DNA from: a virus
Virus record (IMG/VR): IMGVR_UViG_3300022939_000016
Span: 1 to 64,000 of that record
Direction: 5' to 3' (one strand)
Length of the DNA: 64,000 bases
A program made the position numbers and the translations under genes. Under the pieces are notes generated by a model. The model saw only the letters and a program-made list of their open reading frames with translations, was not told where the DNA came from and ran no database searches. This document shows positions 8,870 to 18,053 of this stretch, piece after piece (the first letter of the stretch is position 1; each line of letters begins with the position of its first letter).

Positions 8870-9738
8870 GTAAGGAAAAAAGAAAGAATTTTGAAGTCAA
8901 GCAAGAAAATGGCGAAACGATAAAAATGTTTGTAGTTTCTCCACCAAGTAGCGTTCTTTCTGGCGCTCAAAGAGTTGCCGCAAAGGTTTGGACGGATTGC
9001 GTTAGGGATAAAATCATGACAAAGCAAGAGTTGAAAAACTTTATGTACGAAAACAATTTATGGGACTCCTCAAAAGATGTTCAGCAAGTTGCTTTAAGTA
9101 ATGAAATTCAGCAGCTAGAAAAAGAATTATATATTGGAAAAAATGGCCAAAAAACAATGAAAACTTCCGAGGCTAAAGAAATTGCAATAAAGATGAGGAT
9201 AGCAAGATCAAAGTTACGAGATCTTATTGCTGAAAAAATGTCACTAGAACAGAACACGGCAGAGGCTATTTCGGAAAACGCCCGTTTTGATTTCATTGTT
9301 TCTAAATGCACTTTTTACGAAGACGGTAAAGCAGTGTACGAAAATCTTGATGATTATAACCAAAATTCAGATTCAGATATTGCCTTTGAAGCCGCTTCTA
9401 ATATGGCCCAATTGATTTATGCTCTTGATAAAGATTTTGAAAAAAATCTTCCTGAGAATAGATTCTTAACAAACAAAGGTCTGGTAAATAACGATTTAGC
9501 ATTGGTTAATAATGAAGGAGAAACTGTTGATACCAATGGGCGAAGGATTAATGAGTACGGTTATTATATTAATAATGATGGTCAAAGAACTGATATCGAT
9601 GGAAACTTATTAGATGAAGATGGGAATTATGTTCCATCTGTAGAATACGTTGACGACGAACAGGTTCCTCAAGAAGAAGTAAAAACCAATACTAAAACAA
9701 AGCGACGAATATCTAAAAAACCACAAAAAACAGTTTAG
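8866..9738 (+). CDS. Putative tail assembly chaperone with C-terminal beta-hairpin repeats
   Basis: RBS AGGAG; directly precedes the TMP; coiled-coil followed by 7-residue (D/N)xxG repeats. Confidence 0.5.
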   Translation: MSKEKRKNFEVKQENGETIKMFVVSPPSSVLSGAQRVAAKVWTDCVRDKIMTKQELKNFMYENNLWDSSKDVQQVALSNEIQQLEKELYIGKNGQKTMKTSEAKEIAIKMRIARSKLRDLIAEKMSLEQNTAEAISENARFDFIVSKCTFYEDGKAVYENLDDYNQNSDSDIAFEAASNMAQLIYALDKDFEKNLPENRFLTNKGLVNNDLALVNNEGETVDTNGRRINEYGYYINNDGQRTDIDGNLLDEDGNYVPSVEYVDDEQVPQEEVKTNTKTKRRISKKPQKTV

Positions 9739-9764
9739 CTTTATAACGTTCCCGGAGCCTAACA

Positions 9765-12700
9765 TTGTCTAAATTCGTACTAACAGCGCAGTTGCAGCTA
9801 CAAGCTCCAACGAACGTAAAGCAAGTTGTCAGCCAGATCCAAAAGCAATTGTCTGGCGTTTCTGTTAATCTGCAAATGACAGGAAGCCAGAAGGCACAGT
9901 CTCAGCTAAATCAGATAAAAAATTCTTTAGACGATGCTACCAAAAGCTCCTCAAAGCTCGGAAAAACTTTTGGTCAACAGGTAAGAAGATTCTCTGCTTT
10001 AGCAATTGCCACTAGGGCTGTTAGCCTGTTTACAAACACTTTAAGCTCTGCAATTCAAGAATCAATATCTTTTGAAAGAGAGCTTATTAAAATTGCTCAG
10101 GTTACGAACCAGACAATTCAACAACTGTCTTTTTTATCAAAAACAGTTTCTGATCTTTCAACTAATCTTGGAATATCTTCTAGTTCTTTACTTAGTGTTA
10201 GTAGAATTCTTTCTCAGGCTGGTCTTTCAGCTTCAGAAACAAGCATTGCTTTATCTACTCTTGCCAAGACCGAATTGGCCCCAACTTTTGATAATATTAG
10301 CCAAACCGCCGAAGGTGCAATTGCTATATTTAATCAGTTCAAGCAAGGGGCTGCCGCTCTTGAGGAGCAATTAGGTTCTATAAACGCTGTTGCTGGACAG
10401 TTTGCAGTTGAATCTGGAGATTTAATTTCAGTTGTTCGACGAACCGGTGGCGTTTTTCAAGCAGCTGGCGGTGAACTTAATGAGCTAATTGCATTATTCA
10501 CCAGTGTTAGATCCACAACGCGAGAGTCTGCCGAGAGTATTGCGACTGGCTTGCGAACTATTTTCACTAGAATTCAAAGACCAAGAACAATTGAATTCAT
10601 GAAAAAGTTTGGAGTAGAATTAACAGACTTGGAAGGCAAGTTTGTTGGCCCCTACGAGGCCGTTCGACGCTTAAGCTCTGCGCTTTCTGGCCTAGAACAA
10701 GGCGATATAACATTTGTTCAAATTGCAGAAGAGCTTGGCGGCTTTAGACAAATTGGCAAAGTTATCCCCCTCCTGCAACAGTTTAGTGTCGCTCAAGAAG
10801 CCTTAAATGTGGCCCAAAGAGGAAGTGGTTCCTTAGCAAGAGATGCTGCCACGGCGCAGCAATCTTTAGCGGTTCAAATTATTAAAGTCAAAGAACAATT
10901 CTTAGAGCTTATTAGAGGCGTTACTGAAACTCCAACGTTTCAAATTATGGCCCAAAGCGCTTTAACTTTAGCCTCTGCTTTAATTAAGGTTGCTGAATCC
11001 CTTAAGCCAATTCTTCCCATTATTAGTGCTATAGCAGCTGTTAAATTCGCCAAAGGAATGAGTGGTTTTTTGGGTGGATTAGCTGGAAGCTTGAGCGGAG
11101 CAAAGGGTTTTAATGCTGGTGGTAAAGTTCAAGCATTTGCAACTGGCGGCATGGTTCCCGGATCGGGGAATAGAGATACCGTCCCAGCAATGCTTACCCC
11201 CGGCGAGTTTGTTATGCGTAAGAGTAGCGTTCAGAAGATTGGCGCTAAGAATCTAAAGATGATGAATGAGGGTGGAAAAGCAGATCCCTTAATCCAAAAG
11301 GGAACACAGGTTGGCGGTGTTGGTATTTTTGATAGCGACATGATTGGCGCTGGAAGCAAGGGGATTCTTGGGAAACTCAAGTCTTCCGGTAAACAATACG
11401 AAGTGATTCATGGGCCAGCCGGTTCTGGTAAAACAACATTTGCGACAAAACGATTTGGCAGTAACTTTATAAAGTCCGAAGAAGATCTTGATAAATATAG
11501 TAAGTTTGTTGTACTAAGCGGCGCTGGCAAAGTAAAGGCCGGTGGCCTAAGTCCAGATGCTTCTTCTTTGTTTTCTGGTGCTACAAAAATAACAGGATTA
11601 TCACCAAGCCCAGAAACGGTTTTACAAAGAAGAGAACAAAGATTAGCCACAGGCTCCATAGACAAAAGGTCAGAAAAGGCACTTCGTGGCACTCTTAAAG
11701 CGCCAACTACATTTGATCAAGATTTATACAAAGGATTTAATAACGTTGAAATATTAGAAAAATTTGCAGATGGCGGCAAAGCAAAGGATAAGAAAAATAT
11801 TCTTGATGATGGCTTTACGATCAAGCCAAGCACACAAACTCACTTTACGCATTTGGACAGTGGCCAGACAAGCAATTTGCCAAAGGACTTCAGAAAAGTA
11901 TATACCAATATGGGTCTTGATCTTCCCGCTAATTGGAATCTTGACTGGGCTACCAACGTAACAAATCAAAAGGGCGCAATGGGTTCTGCTTTAGAGTCTT
12001 ATATTGCTGATCCTAGTCATAATATTTTTGACACGTTAACACGTCAAGGACGAGGCTCTAAAGCTTATGGCTTTAAAGGCCGATCCAAATCTCAAGCTTT
12101 TTCACTTCTGAGCGACCCTAGTAACCAATCAAAAATTAGAAGTAATTTAGTTGCTGCTATTAGTTCTAGTGAACAATTTGATACTGATCTTGATGTTAAT
12201 AAAACGTTGCCCAACGCCCTAACTACAGCTGTCGCAAAGTCTTTACCCAAAGAAGATGCCGCAGTCTTAAACAGCGGTCTAGAAGAGCAAAGCGCTTACG
12301 CAAAAGAAGGTAAATCTGGCAGAAGGAGATTGAGTAACAGAAGGCGACAGCAGCTTGCGCAAGCTCGATCTTTAGGTGGTGTGATACAAAAGTTTGCTGG
12401 TGGTGGTAAAGCTCAGGAAAAACCAGAGAAAAACTTTGGTAAGATTGGATTTAGATCTACTACTGGTGGCGAATTAACCGCGACATATCTTGGCAAGAAA
12501 GGCAGAACCGGAATGGTCTCAGCTAGATATAATAACGGTCTTTACACCGTTGCTTTATCTAAGGCTACTTCCGGCTATGGCCCCATGTTATACGATGTTG
12601 TCATGGAGCTTGCTACTGCAAATGGTAGCATGTTGACCTCAGACAGAAATCAAGTCAGCAAAGATGCTCAGGGTGTATGGGATTATTATTTTAACAAGAG

Positions 12701-15700
12701 GAATGATGTTACTAAGCATCCGCTAGATCCATCTCAGTGGACCAAGAATCAGTCACTGATTGATCCCAAGCTGTATGGCAAGAAAGAAACGTGGCCTCCT
12801 AAAACAGATCCGGCGTGGGTACTCCAGAGCGGTTACAAAAAATCTCAACGCATAACCACGGATCCAAACAGAGCTATCAATCTTAATGACCCTAAGTATG
12901 CTAATTTTATTAGACAATCTCAGATGTCTTATATGAAGCCTGCTCAGAAAAAACAGTTTGGCGGTATTATACAGAAGTTTAAAGATGGCTCAACAGGTAC
13001 TGGAGTAGCCCCTGCTAGAAACAGGATGGGAATGACTTCAGCACAAGTGGCCGCTGCTGAAGAAAGAAAGCGTTTAAGAGAGAAAGCCAAAGCCGGGGCT
13101 GGAGGAACTTTACAATTAAAGCCGGGTGTTGTCGGTGGGCTGTTTTTACAAAAAGGCTCTGGAGGTCAGAGCGGAATAGATAAGTCTCTTCAGGGCATAG
13201 AATTACCGGGATTTGCAGAAGGTTCTAACAGATTAAAAGCTAGTATATACACCGGCCAACTAAAACCAGAAGCTGGACAGGCCATAAGAAACGAATTAAA
13301 ACCAAACATCACACAAGCCGTGCAAAACGCTGCCTCTTCATCTATGGCAGCTTTGGAAATTAGCCCACTTGATATTGACGAAAAGTCGGCAGCAAAAAAG
13401 GCTGTTAATAAAATTGATTTAACTTCAATAGAAGGTTATATATTTGAGGCGTTCACCTCCGCACTAACTGGATTACAATTATCTGACGCTGGTGCTACGT
13501 TTGACTATGTTAATCCTTCTGGCAGAGCGAGAGAAAGAGTTGGACAATTATTTAGCTCTGGCTTAAGTGGCGAAAGACTTTTAGACGCGAAACGCACACT
13601 TAGTACTGAGAGTGTGCAGTCTGGTAAAAGCTCTATTGCTAACAAGATTGTAGCCGGTATTAAGGGTGGCTTGTTGGGTCCACAAGACTTTCAAAAATTT
13701 GCCACTGGCGGTATAGTTCCCGGAACTGGTAATAGTGATACTGTTCCCGCATCTCTTGGGGTTGGTGATTTTGTAATACGTAAAAGTAGTGTTAATAGCA
13801 TTGGCGCTGGAAATTTGCAAAAAATGGCTGGATATGCTACGGGTGGAAATGTCAGCGAATCTGTTCCCGCGCTTTTGACTCCGGGAGAATTTGTATTCCC
13901 CAAAAAGAAAGCCCAACAAATTGGCTACGGTAAACTTAACCGCATGAACAAGGTGGGTAAGTACGCCAAAGGTGGTGCGGTCCAAAGATTTGCCGGGGGT
14001 GGTAAATCAGGTGGGGGTGGTGGTGGATTCTTGGGGTTTGGAGGTTTGACAGAAGGATTAGTAGGAGTGCAAGTTGCGCTAAACATGTTAACCCCAACTG
14101 TCGATGAGAACAGTGGAACTTTTGAGAAAATGACGGCCAGTGTTTTAAGTTCTTTCGGCTCTTTAGTTAGCACAATAACCTTAACTCAAACGGCGCTTTC
14201 AACTTTTGGTGTCCAATTAAATTCTAAAGCTATAGGCAATTTCCTTAAATCTTTTGGTCACGCTCCTAAGACTATGGGAGAATTTTTGGGTTCTCTTAAA
14301 AAAGGCGTTGGTCGTGGTTCTGCCGGTTTAGGAGATATGATTGGTGGATTTCAAAAAGGCGGTCAGCGAACTAAAGGCGAAAGTTTTGCTGAAAATTTTG
14401 ATTTAAATAAAAGAGGTAGTAGTGTTAGAAGCGAAAGAGCTAAACAATTAGTAGAGATGAGAAAAAGAAATCCTATTGCAAAAGGGGGTTTCTCAAAACA
14501 GTCTGCATTACAAAGAAAAGCATTGCGACCCGTTGGCGGCAAAAGCATTTTAGCACAACTTGGCAAAAAGCTTGGAGCATCAAGAAGTATTGTGGGCAGA
14601 GGCGCTGGTATGGCTTTGCGAGCTGGCAGCTCGGCTGCTGGAGCATTAGGCGGTCTAGGCGGTGGTGCGGTTGGTGCGTTTGGAGCATCCTTAGCTGCTG
14701 CTGCTGGCCCTATTACCGCATTTGTTACCGCTGTAAAAATTGCTGGAGCTGCTATTTCTGGCTTTAGAGATTTAGAAAACAGATTAAAAGACGCAATTAA
14801 AGCCGAAGATACAGCCACTGCACAAAAACTTGCTACAGCCTCTTTAGTTGAACAAAATTGGGGCGGCGCTATCGGCGGTATCGCCTCTGTTCTTGACAAC
14901 TTATCATCTTCAGGATCTCTCGCTACAGATACGCTAGCAGCCATAGGCACTGCTTTTGGCGGTACTTCCTCTGCCGCGATCAAGGCAGACGTTGCGGCTA
15001 GAATATCTAGCGCAAAAACCGCCAAAGCCCTGACAGAGGCTCAGAAAGCTTCAGCTGAAGCAATGAAAGATCTAGAGAACGGTACTATTTCTGCAAGTCA
15101 AGCTCTGGCAAAAGTTCGATCATTTACTCAGCAAGCTGAACAAAATTCTAAGGCGCAAAGAGCTGCTATATCAACCGCCGCCGAAGGCAAGTCTACTGGA
15201 GCTTTGAGCTATGGTCGAGAAGCTATGGCTTATCTTAGCTTTGGTTATGTTGATTCTGCTAGACAAAGAAATGAAAAAATTGATGCTGAAAACGAAAAAA
15301 GAAGTCAAGACAGCATTAACCAAAGAAGGCAAGCAATAGGTATTCAAAGTCAAGCAAGTATGGCTACTGCTAGAAGCATACTTTCTACTGGTGGAAATAT
15401 AGATGAGGTTAAACAAAGACTTGGAGATGCTGGCCCTCAAAAACTTAGAGATGAAGCTATAGAGGTTAGACAAAAGGCAATCAAGGCAACCAAGGAAGGC
15501 GACACAGAAACAGCAAAGCTGCTTGAAGAAGAAGCGAAAATGCTTTCTGATGAAGCTAGAGCTTTAGAAAAATCTCTCATCAATCTAGCCAAAGAGGTCG
15601 AAAAGCAACAAAAATATTTTGCAGCTATGAACCTTGGGCTAAATTCTGCAACTGGCGCTGCTGGAGCTTTTAGTAACGCTATGTCTAATTACGCTGCCGC

Positions 15701-18053
15701 TCAAGAGGCTGGCAATGTTTCTGTCATGAGAAGCTTTGCTACTCTTCAAGCCGGTGTGACATCAGCTGCTGCCGGTATGGACCCAGCGGTTTTTCAAAAG
15801 GCAGCCTCAGAAGGCGCGAAAGCGTTACGAGAATTTGGAGCAACGAAAGAGGCTGATAAATTTGAAGCCAACTTAAATGCAATAAATAAAGCGCAAGCAA
15901 ATGCAGAAGCTGGTTTAAATTCCTTTAGGAATCAACTAAAAGACAGATCTGATAGCGGCCTTGGTTTAAAAAATGATGAACAAAAATTTGAAGGTTTATT
16001 TGATACAATAGTCAAGGGTTCTGGGATTGGCAAAGAGATGGAAGATCAACTCCGAGACATGCTTGGAGGAATGGACATTGATTATAGCAAGATTGCAAAG
16101 GGTGATTTTAGTCAAATCGAAGAAGTATTCAAACAGCTTGGAGATGAAACGTTACAGCAAGCTAAAGCTGTCATGGAAGCAGAGCAACTGTACCAAGAAA
16201 CTATTCGCGATGCAGCGCAAAAAAGAGCAGCCGCTGAAAACGATTTCATTTCAGCTTCAAGACAGAGACAAGATTACCAAAAAGAATCTAGAGAAATTAT
16301 AGCTTCAGCTGGGGGTCCAGCTTTTACTGCGCAGCAACAAAGGGAGATGGTTGTTGACCGTTATAATACTGGTAATAAATTTTCTAATCGTGACAATCTT
16401 GGTGGTGCTACCGCTAAAGACATTGTTGCCCAACAAAACGCCCTTAAGCAGCGTCAGGCTGAAATACAAAATGTTAGACTTCAAGCAGCACAAGGCGATG
16501 CCAACGCTGAAGCAAAACTTTCTGGAGAAAGAGGTGTTTCATTATCCAATGAAGAATCTCAAATCAATCAACAAAATCAAGAGCTATATAACTCAACCAA
16601 GCAGCTTATTGACATAAAAAGACAAGAAGTTAAAATTATTCAAGAAAAAAATAGACTTGAAAAACAATCAATGGAGTCTTTGCTTGCTGGTGATATAGAT
16701 AGCTTTTTTGATGCCCAAGCGTCCCAAGGAGCCATTGACGCTCTCGCTGGCGGTGGCAACGTCGCTGACTTTGATGCAGACACTTTATATAGTGCGTTTG
16801 AGGAGTTAAAAAGACAAGCAGCTGCTGGAGTTACGGAAGTTAATGGTCAGCAACTGCAAGGGCCGGGAGGTTTACTTGAACGAGCAGCTGCCGCAACCGC
16901 CGAAGCTCGCGGTCTTGATCCAGCACAAGCGGCTCTCGTTGCTCAAAAAGCAGCTGGACAAACACCCGCAGAGCAAGCGGCAAATAATGAAATACAACAA
17001 TTAGCTGCAACTTTGCCTGCGTTTGGCGATATGGCTATGAATTCTTCTCGGGTGCAAATGGCCGCAGCCGAAGCTCAAAGACAAGCGGCTGAGATTCAAA
17101 AAGAAGCCGCTGTTAAAAGATCTCAAGAAAACGCAGAAAGAACATTGCCAAAGCCAGACCAGCAACAGCCTCCACAGCAACAGCCCCCAGCAAGACCTTC
17201 TACGCCTCCACCGGGAGCTTCACCTCCCCCCGCCCCCATTCCTCCCTCTGCGTCTGTTTCTGCGCCGCCGCCACCTTCTGGTTCTAGCTCTTCTGTGGGT
17301 TCTACTCCTCCTGCACCCCCGTCTTCTACTGCTGACATCGCCGCAGCCGCCGCAGCTGCCGCTAGTCAGATACCTTCTTCAGTTAATGCAAATCAAACGC
17401 CACCAACTCAAGACCCGCAAACTATTGGTCAAGCCATCGCGCAAGCTTTTAGTAACAATGCTCGTGATTTTGCTTCATTTGCAACTGCCGGATATGTTAG
17501 ACCTAGCCAAGAAAATGAATCGCAGGGCGTGGGCATTCGCCAACTTGCCAACCTTAATCCAGCTATGGCTCTTGGTAATATGGCGGCTTCTAATCTTGGT
17601 TTAGACACTCAAGCCTTAACTTCGTTTACTAGCAATCAATTAGAATCTGTCTCTAATTTTGGCGCAGCCGTTAAGCAGTTTGAGTATATTGTTAAAGCTA
17701 TAAATACAACAAACGGCTCAAATAATACTTCTGTTAACAATGGCTCCACTCAAGCTCCAGCTAGCAACAATAATTCTGCTATTGGGTTCGATACTTCTTC
17801 TATGAATCAGTTTACTTCAGCCTTAAGTAAGTTTAACGACACAATACTACAAAGTATAAGCACTCTACAACAAACTAAATTTACTGTTAAGCTAGAACCA
17901 ACTAATATTAACATTAATTTAACTGGAACTTCATTCCTGCAAGCTCTTACTGGCGACCTAAAGTCTAGCTTGTTAAAGATAGTTAGTGAAAAAATAAGAA
18001 ACCTCAAGGTAGACAGCGCCGGAAGAGTAATAGAAAGTAATAGTAATTTGTAA
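9765..18053 (+). CDS. Tape measure protein with internal enzymatic cargo domains
   Basis: 2762 aa. TP901-like TMP core (FERELIKIAQVT...TTRESAESIATGLRTIFTRI), hydrophobic Gly/Ala segments, long Ala/Gln helices and three lambda gpH-like FAxGG...GEFV modules. TTG start with GGAG RBS. Confidence 0.92.
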   Translation: MSKFVLTAQLQLQAPTNVKQVVSQIQKQLSGVSVNLQMTGSQKAQSQLNQIKNSLDDATKSSSKLGKTFGQQVRRFSALAIATRAVSLFTNTLSSAIQESISFERELIKIAQVTNQTIQQLSFLSKTVSDLSTNLGISSSSLLSVSRILSQAGLSASETSIALSTLAKTELAPTFDNISQTAEGAIAIFNQFKQGAAALEEQLGSINAVAGQFAVESGDLISVVRRTGGVFQAAGGELNELIALFTSVRSTTRESAESIATGLRTIFTRIQRPRTIEFMKKFGVELTDLEGKFVGPYEAVRRLSSALSGLEQGDITFVQIAEELGGFRQIGKVIPLLQQFSVAQEALNVAQRGSGSLARDAATAQQSLAVQIIKVKEQFLELIRGVTETPTFQIMAQSALTLASALIKVAESLKPILPIISAIAAVKFAKGMSGFLGGLAGSLSGAKGFNAGGKVQAFATGGMVPGSGNRDTVPAMLTPGEFVMRKSSVQKIGAKNLKMMNEGGKADPLIQKGTQVGGVGIFDSDMIGAGSKGILGKLKSSGKQYEVIHGPAGSGKTTFATKRFGSNFIKSEEDLDKYSKFVVLSGAGKVKAGGLSPDASSLFSGATKITGLSPSPETVLQRREQRLATGSIDKRSEKALRGTLKAPTTFDQDLYKGFNNVEILEKFADGGKAKDKKNILDDGFTIKPSTQTHFTHLDSGQTSNLPKDFRKVYTNMGLDLPANWNLDWATNVTNQKGAMGSALESYIADPSHNIFDTLTRQGRGSKAYGFKGRSKSQAFSLLSDPSNQSKIRSNLVAAISSSEQFDTDLDVNKTLPNALTTAVAKSLPKEDAAVLNSGLEEQSAYAKEGKSGRRRLSNRRRQQLAQARSLGGVIQKFAGGGKAQEKPEKNFGKIGFRSTTGGELTATYLGKKGRTGMVSARYNNGLYTVALSKATSGYGPMLYDVVMELATANGSMLTSDRNQVSKDAQGVWDYYFNKRNDVTKHPLDPSQWTKNQSLIDPKLYGKKETWPPKTDPAWVLQSGYKKSQRITTDPNRAINLNDPKYANFIRQSQMSYMKPAQKKQFGGIIQKFKDGSTGTGVAPARNRMGMTSAQVAAAEERKRLREKAKAGAGGTLQLKPGVVGGLFLQKGSGGQSGIDKSLQGIELPGFAEGSNRLKASIYTGQLKPEAGQAIRNELKPNITQAVQNAASSSMAALEISPLDIDEKSAAKKAVNKIDLTSIEGYIFEAFTSALTGLQLSDAGATFDYVNPSGRARERVGQLFSSGLSGERLLDAKRTLSTESVQSGKSSIANKIVAGIKGGLLGPQDFQKFATGGIVPGTGNSDTVPASLGVGDFVIRKSSVNSIGAGNLQKMAGYATGGNVSESVPALLTPGEFVFPKKKAQQIGYGKLNRMNKVGKYAKGGAVQRFAGGGKSGGGGGGFLGFGGLTEGLVGVQVALNMLTPTVDENSGTFEKMTASVLSSFGSLVSTITLTQTALSTFGVQLNSKAIGNFLKSFGHAPKTMGEFLGSLKKGVGRGSAGLGDMIGGFQKGGQRTKGESFAENFDLNKRGSSVRSERAKQLVEMRKRNPIAKGGFSKQSALQRKALRPVGGKSILAQLGKKLGASRSIVGRGAGMALRAGSSAAGALGGLGGGAVGAFGASLAAAAGPITAFVTAVKIAGAAISGFRDLENRLKDAIKAEDTATAQKLATASLVEQNWGGAIGGIASVLDNLSSSGSLATDTLAAIGTAFGGTSSAAIKADVAARISSAKTAKALTEAQKASAEAMKDLENGTISASQALAKVRSFTQQAEQNSKAQRAAISTAAEGKSTGALSYGREAMAYLSFGYVDSARQRNEKIDAENEKRSQDSINQRRQAIGIQSQASMATARSILSTGGNIDEVKQRLGDAGPQKLRDEAIEVRQKAIKATKEGDTETAKLLEEEAKMLSDEARALEKSLINLAKEVEKQQKYFAAMNLGLNSATGAAGAFSNAMSNYAAAQEAGNVSVMRSFATLQAGVTSAAAGMDPAVFQKAASEGAKALREFGATKEADKFEANLNAINKAQANAEAGLNSFRNQLKDRSDSGLGLKNDEQKFEGLFDTIVKGSGIGKEMEDQLRDMLGGMDIDYSKIAKGDFSQIEEVFKQLGDETLQQAKAVMEAEQLYQETIRDAAQKRAAAENDFISASRQRQDYQKESREIIASAGGPAFTAQQQREMVVDRYNTGNKFSNRDNLGGATAKDIVAQQNALKQRQAEIQNVRLQAAQGDANAEAKLSGERGVSLSNEESQINQQNQELYNSTKQLIDIKRQEVKIIQEKNRLEKQSMESLLAGDIDSFFDAQASQGAIDALAGGGNVADFDADTLYSAFEELKRQAAAGVTEVNGQQLQGPGGLLERAAAATAEARGLDPAQAALVAQKAAGQTPAEQAANNEIQQLAATLPAFGDMAMNSSRVQMAAAEAQRQAAEIQKEAAVKRSQENAERTLPKPDQQQPPQQQPPARPSTPPPGASPPPAPIPPSASVSAPPPPSGSSSSVGSTPPAPPSSTADIAAAAAAAASQIPSSVNANQTPPTQDPQTIGQAIAQAFSNNARDFASFATAGYVRPSQENESQGVGIRQLANLNPAMALGNMAASNLGLDTQALTSFTSNQLESVSNFGAAVKQFEYIVKAINTTNGSNNTSVNNGSTQAPASNNNSAIGFDTSSMNQFTSALSKFNDTILQSISTLQQTKFTVKLEPTNININLTGTSFLQALTGDLKSSLLKIVSEKIRNLKVDSAGRVIESNSNL

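Noticed and set aside
7627-9764. Programmed -1 frameshift in the tail chaperones
   Set aside because: The AAAAAAC runs at 9715 and 9725 are not phased as X XXY YYZ, and no convincing overlapping frame was seen.
14363-15025. 220-aa antisense ORF and other short ORFs opposite the TMP and tail genes
   Set aside because: Mirror of Ala/Gly-rich codons in the sense gene.
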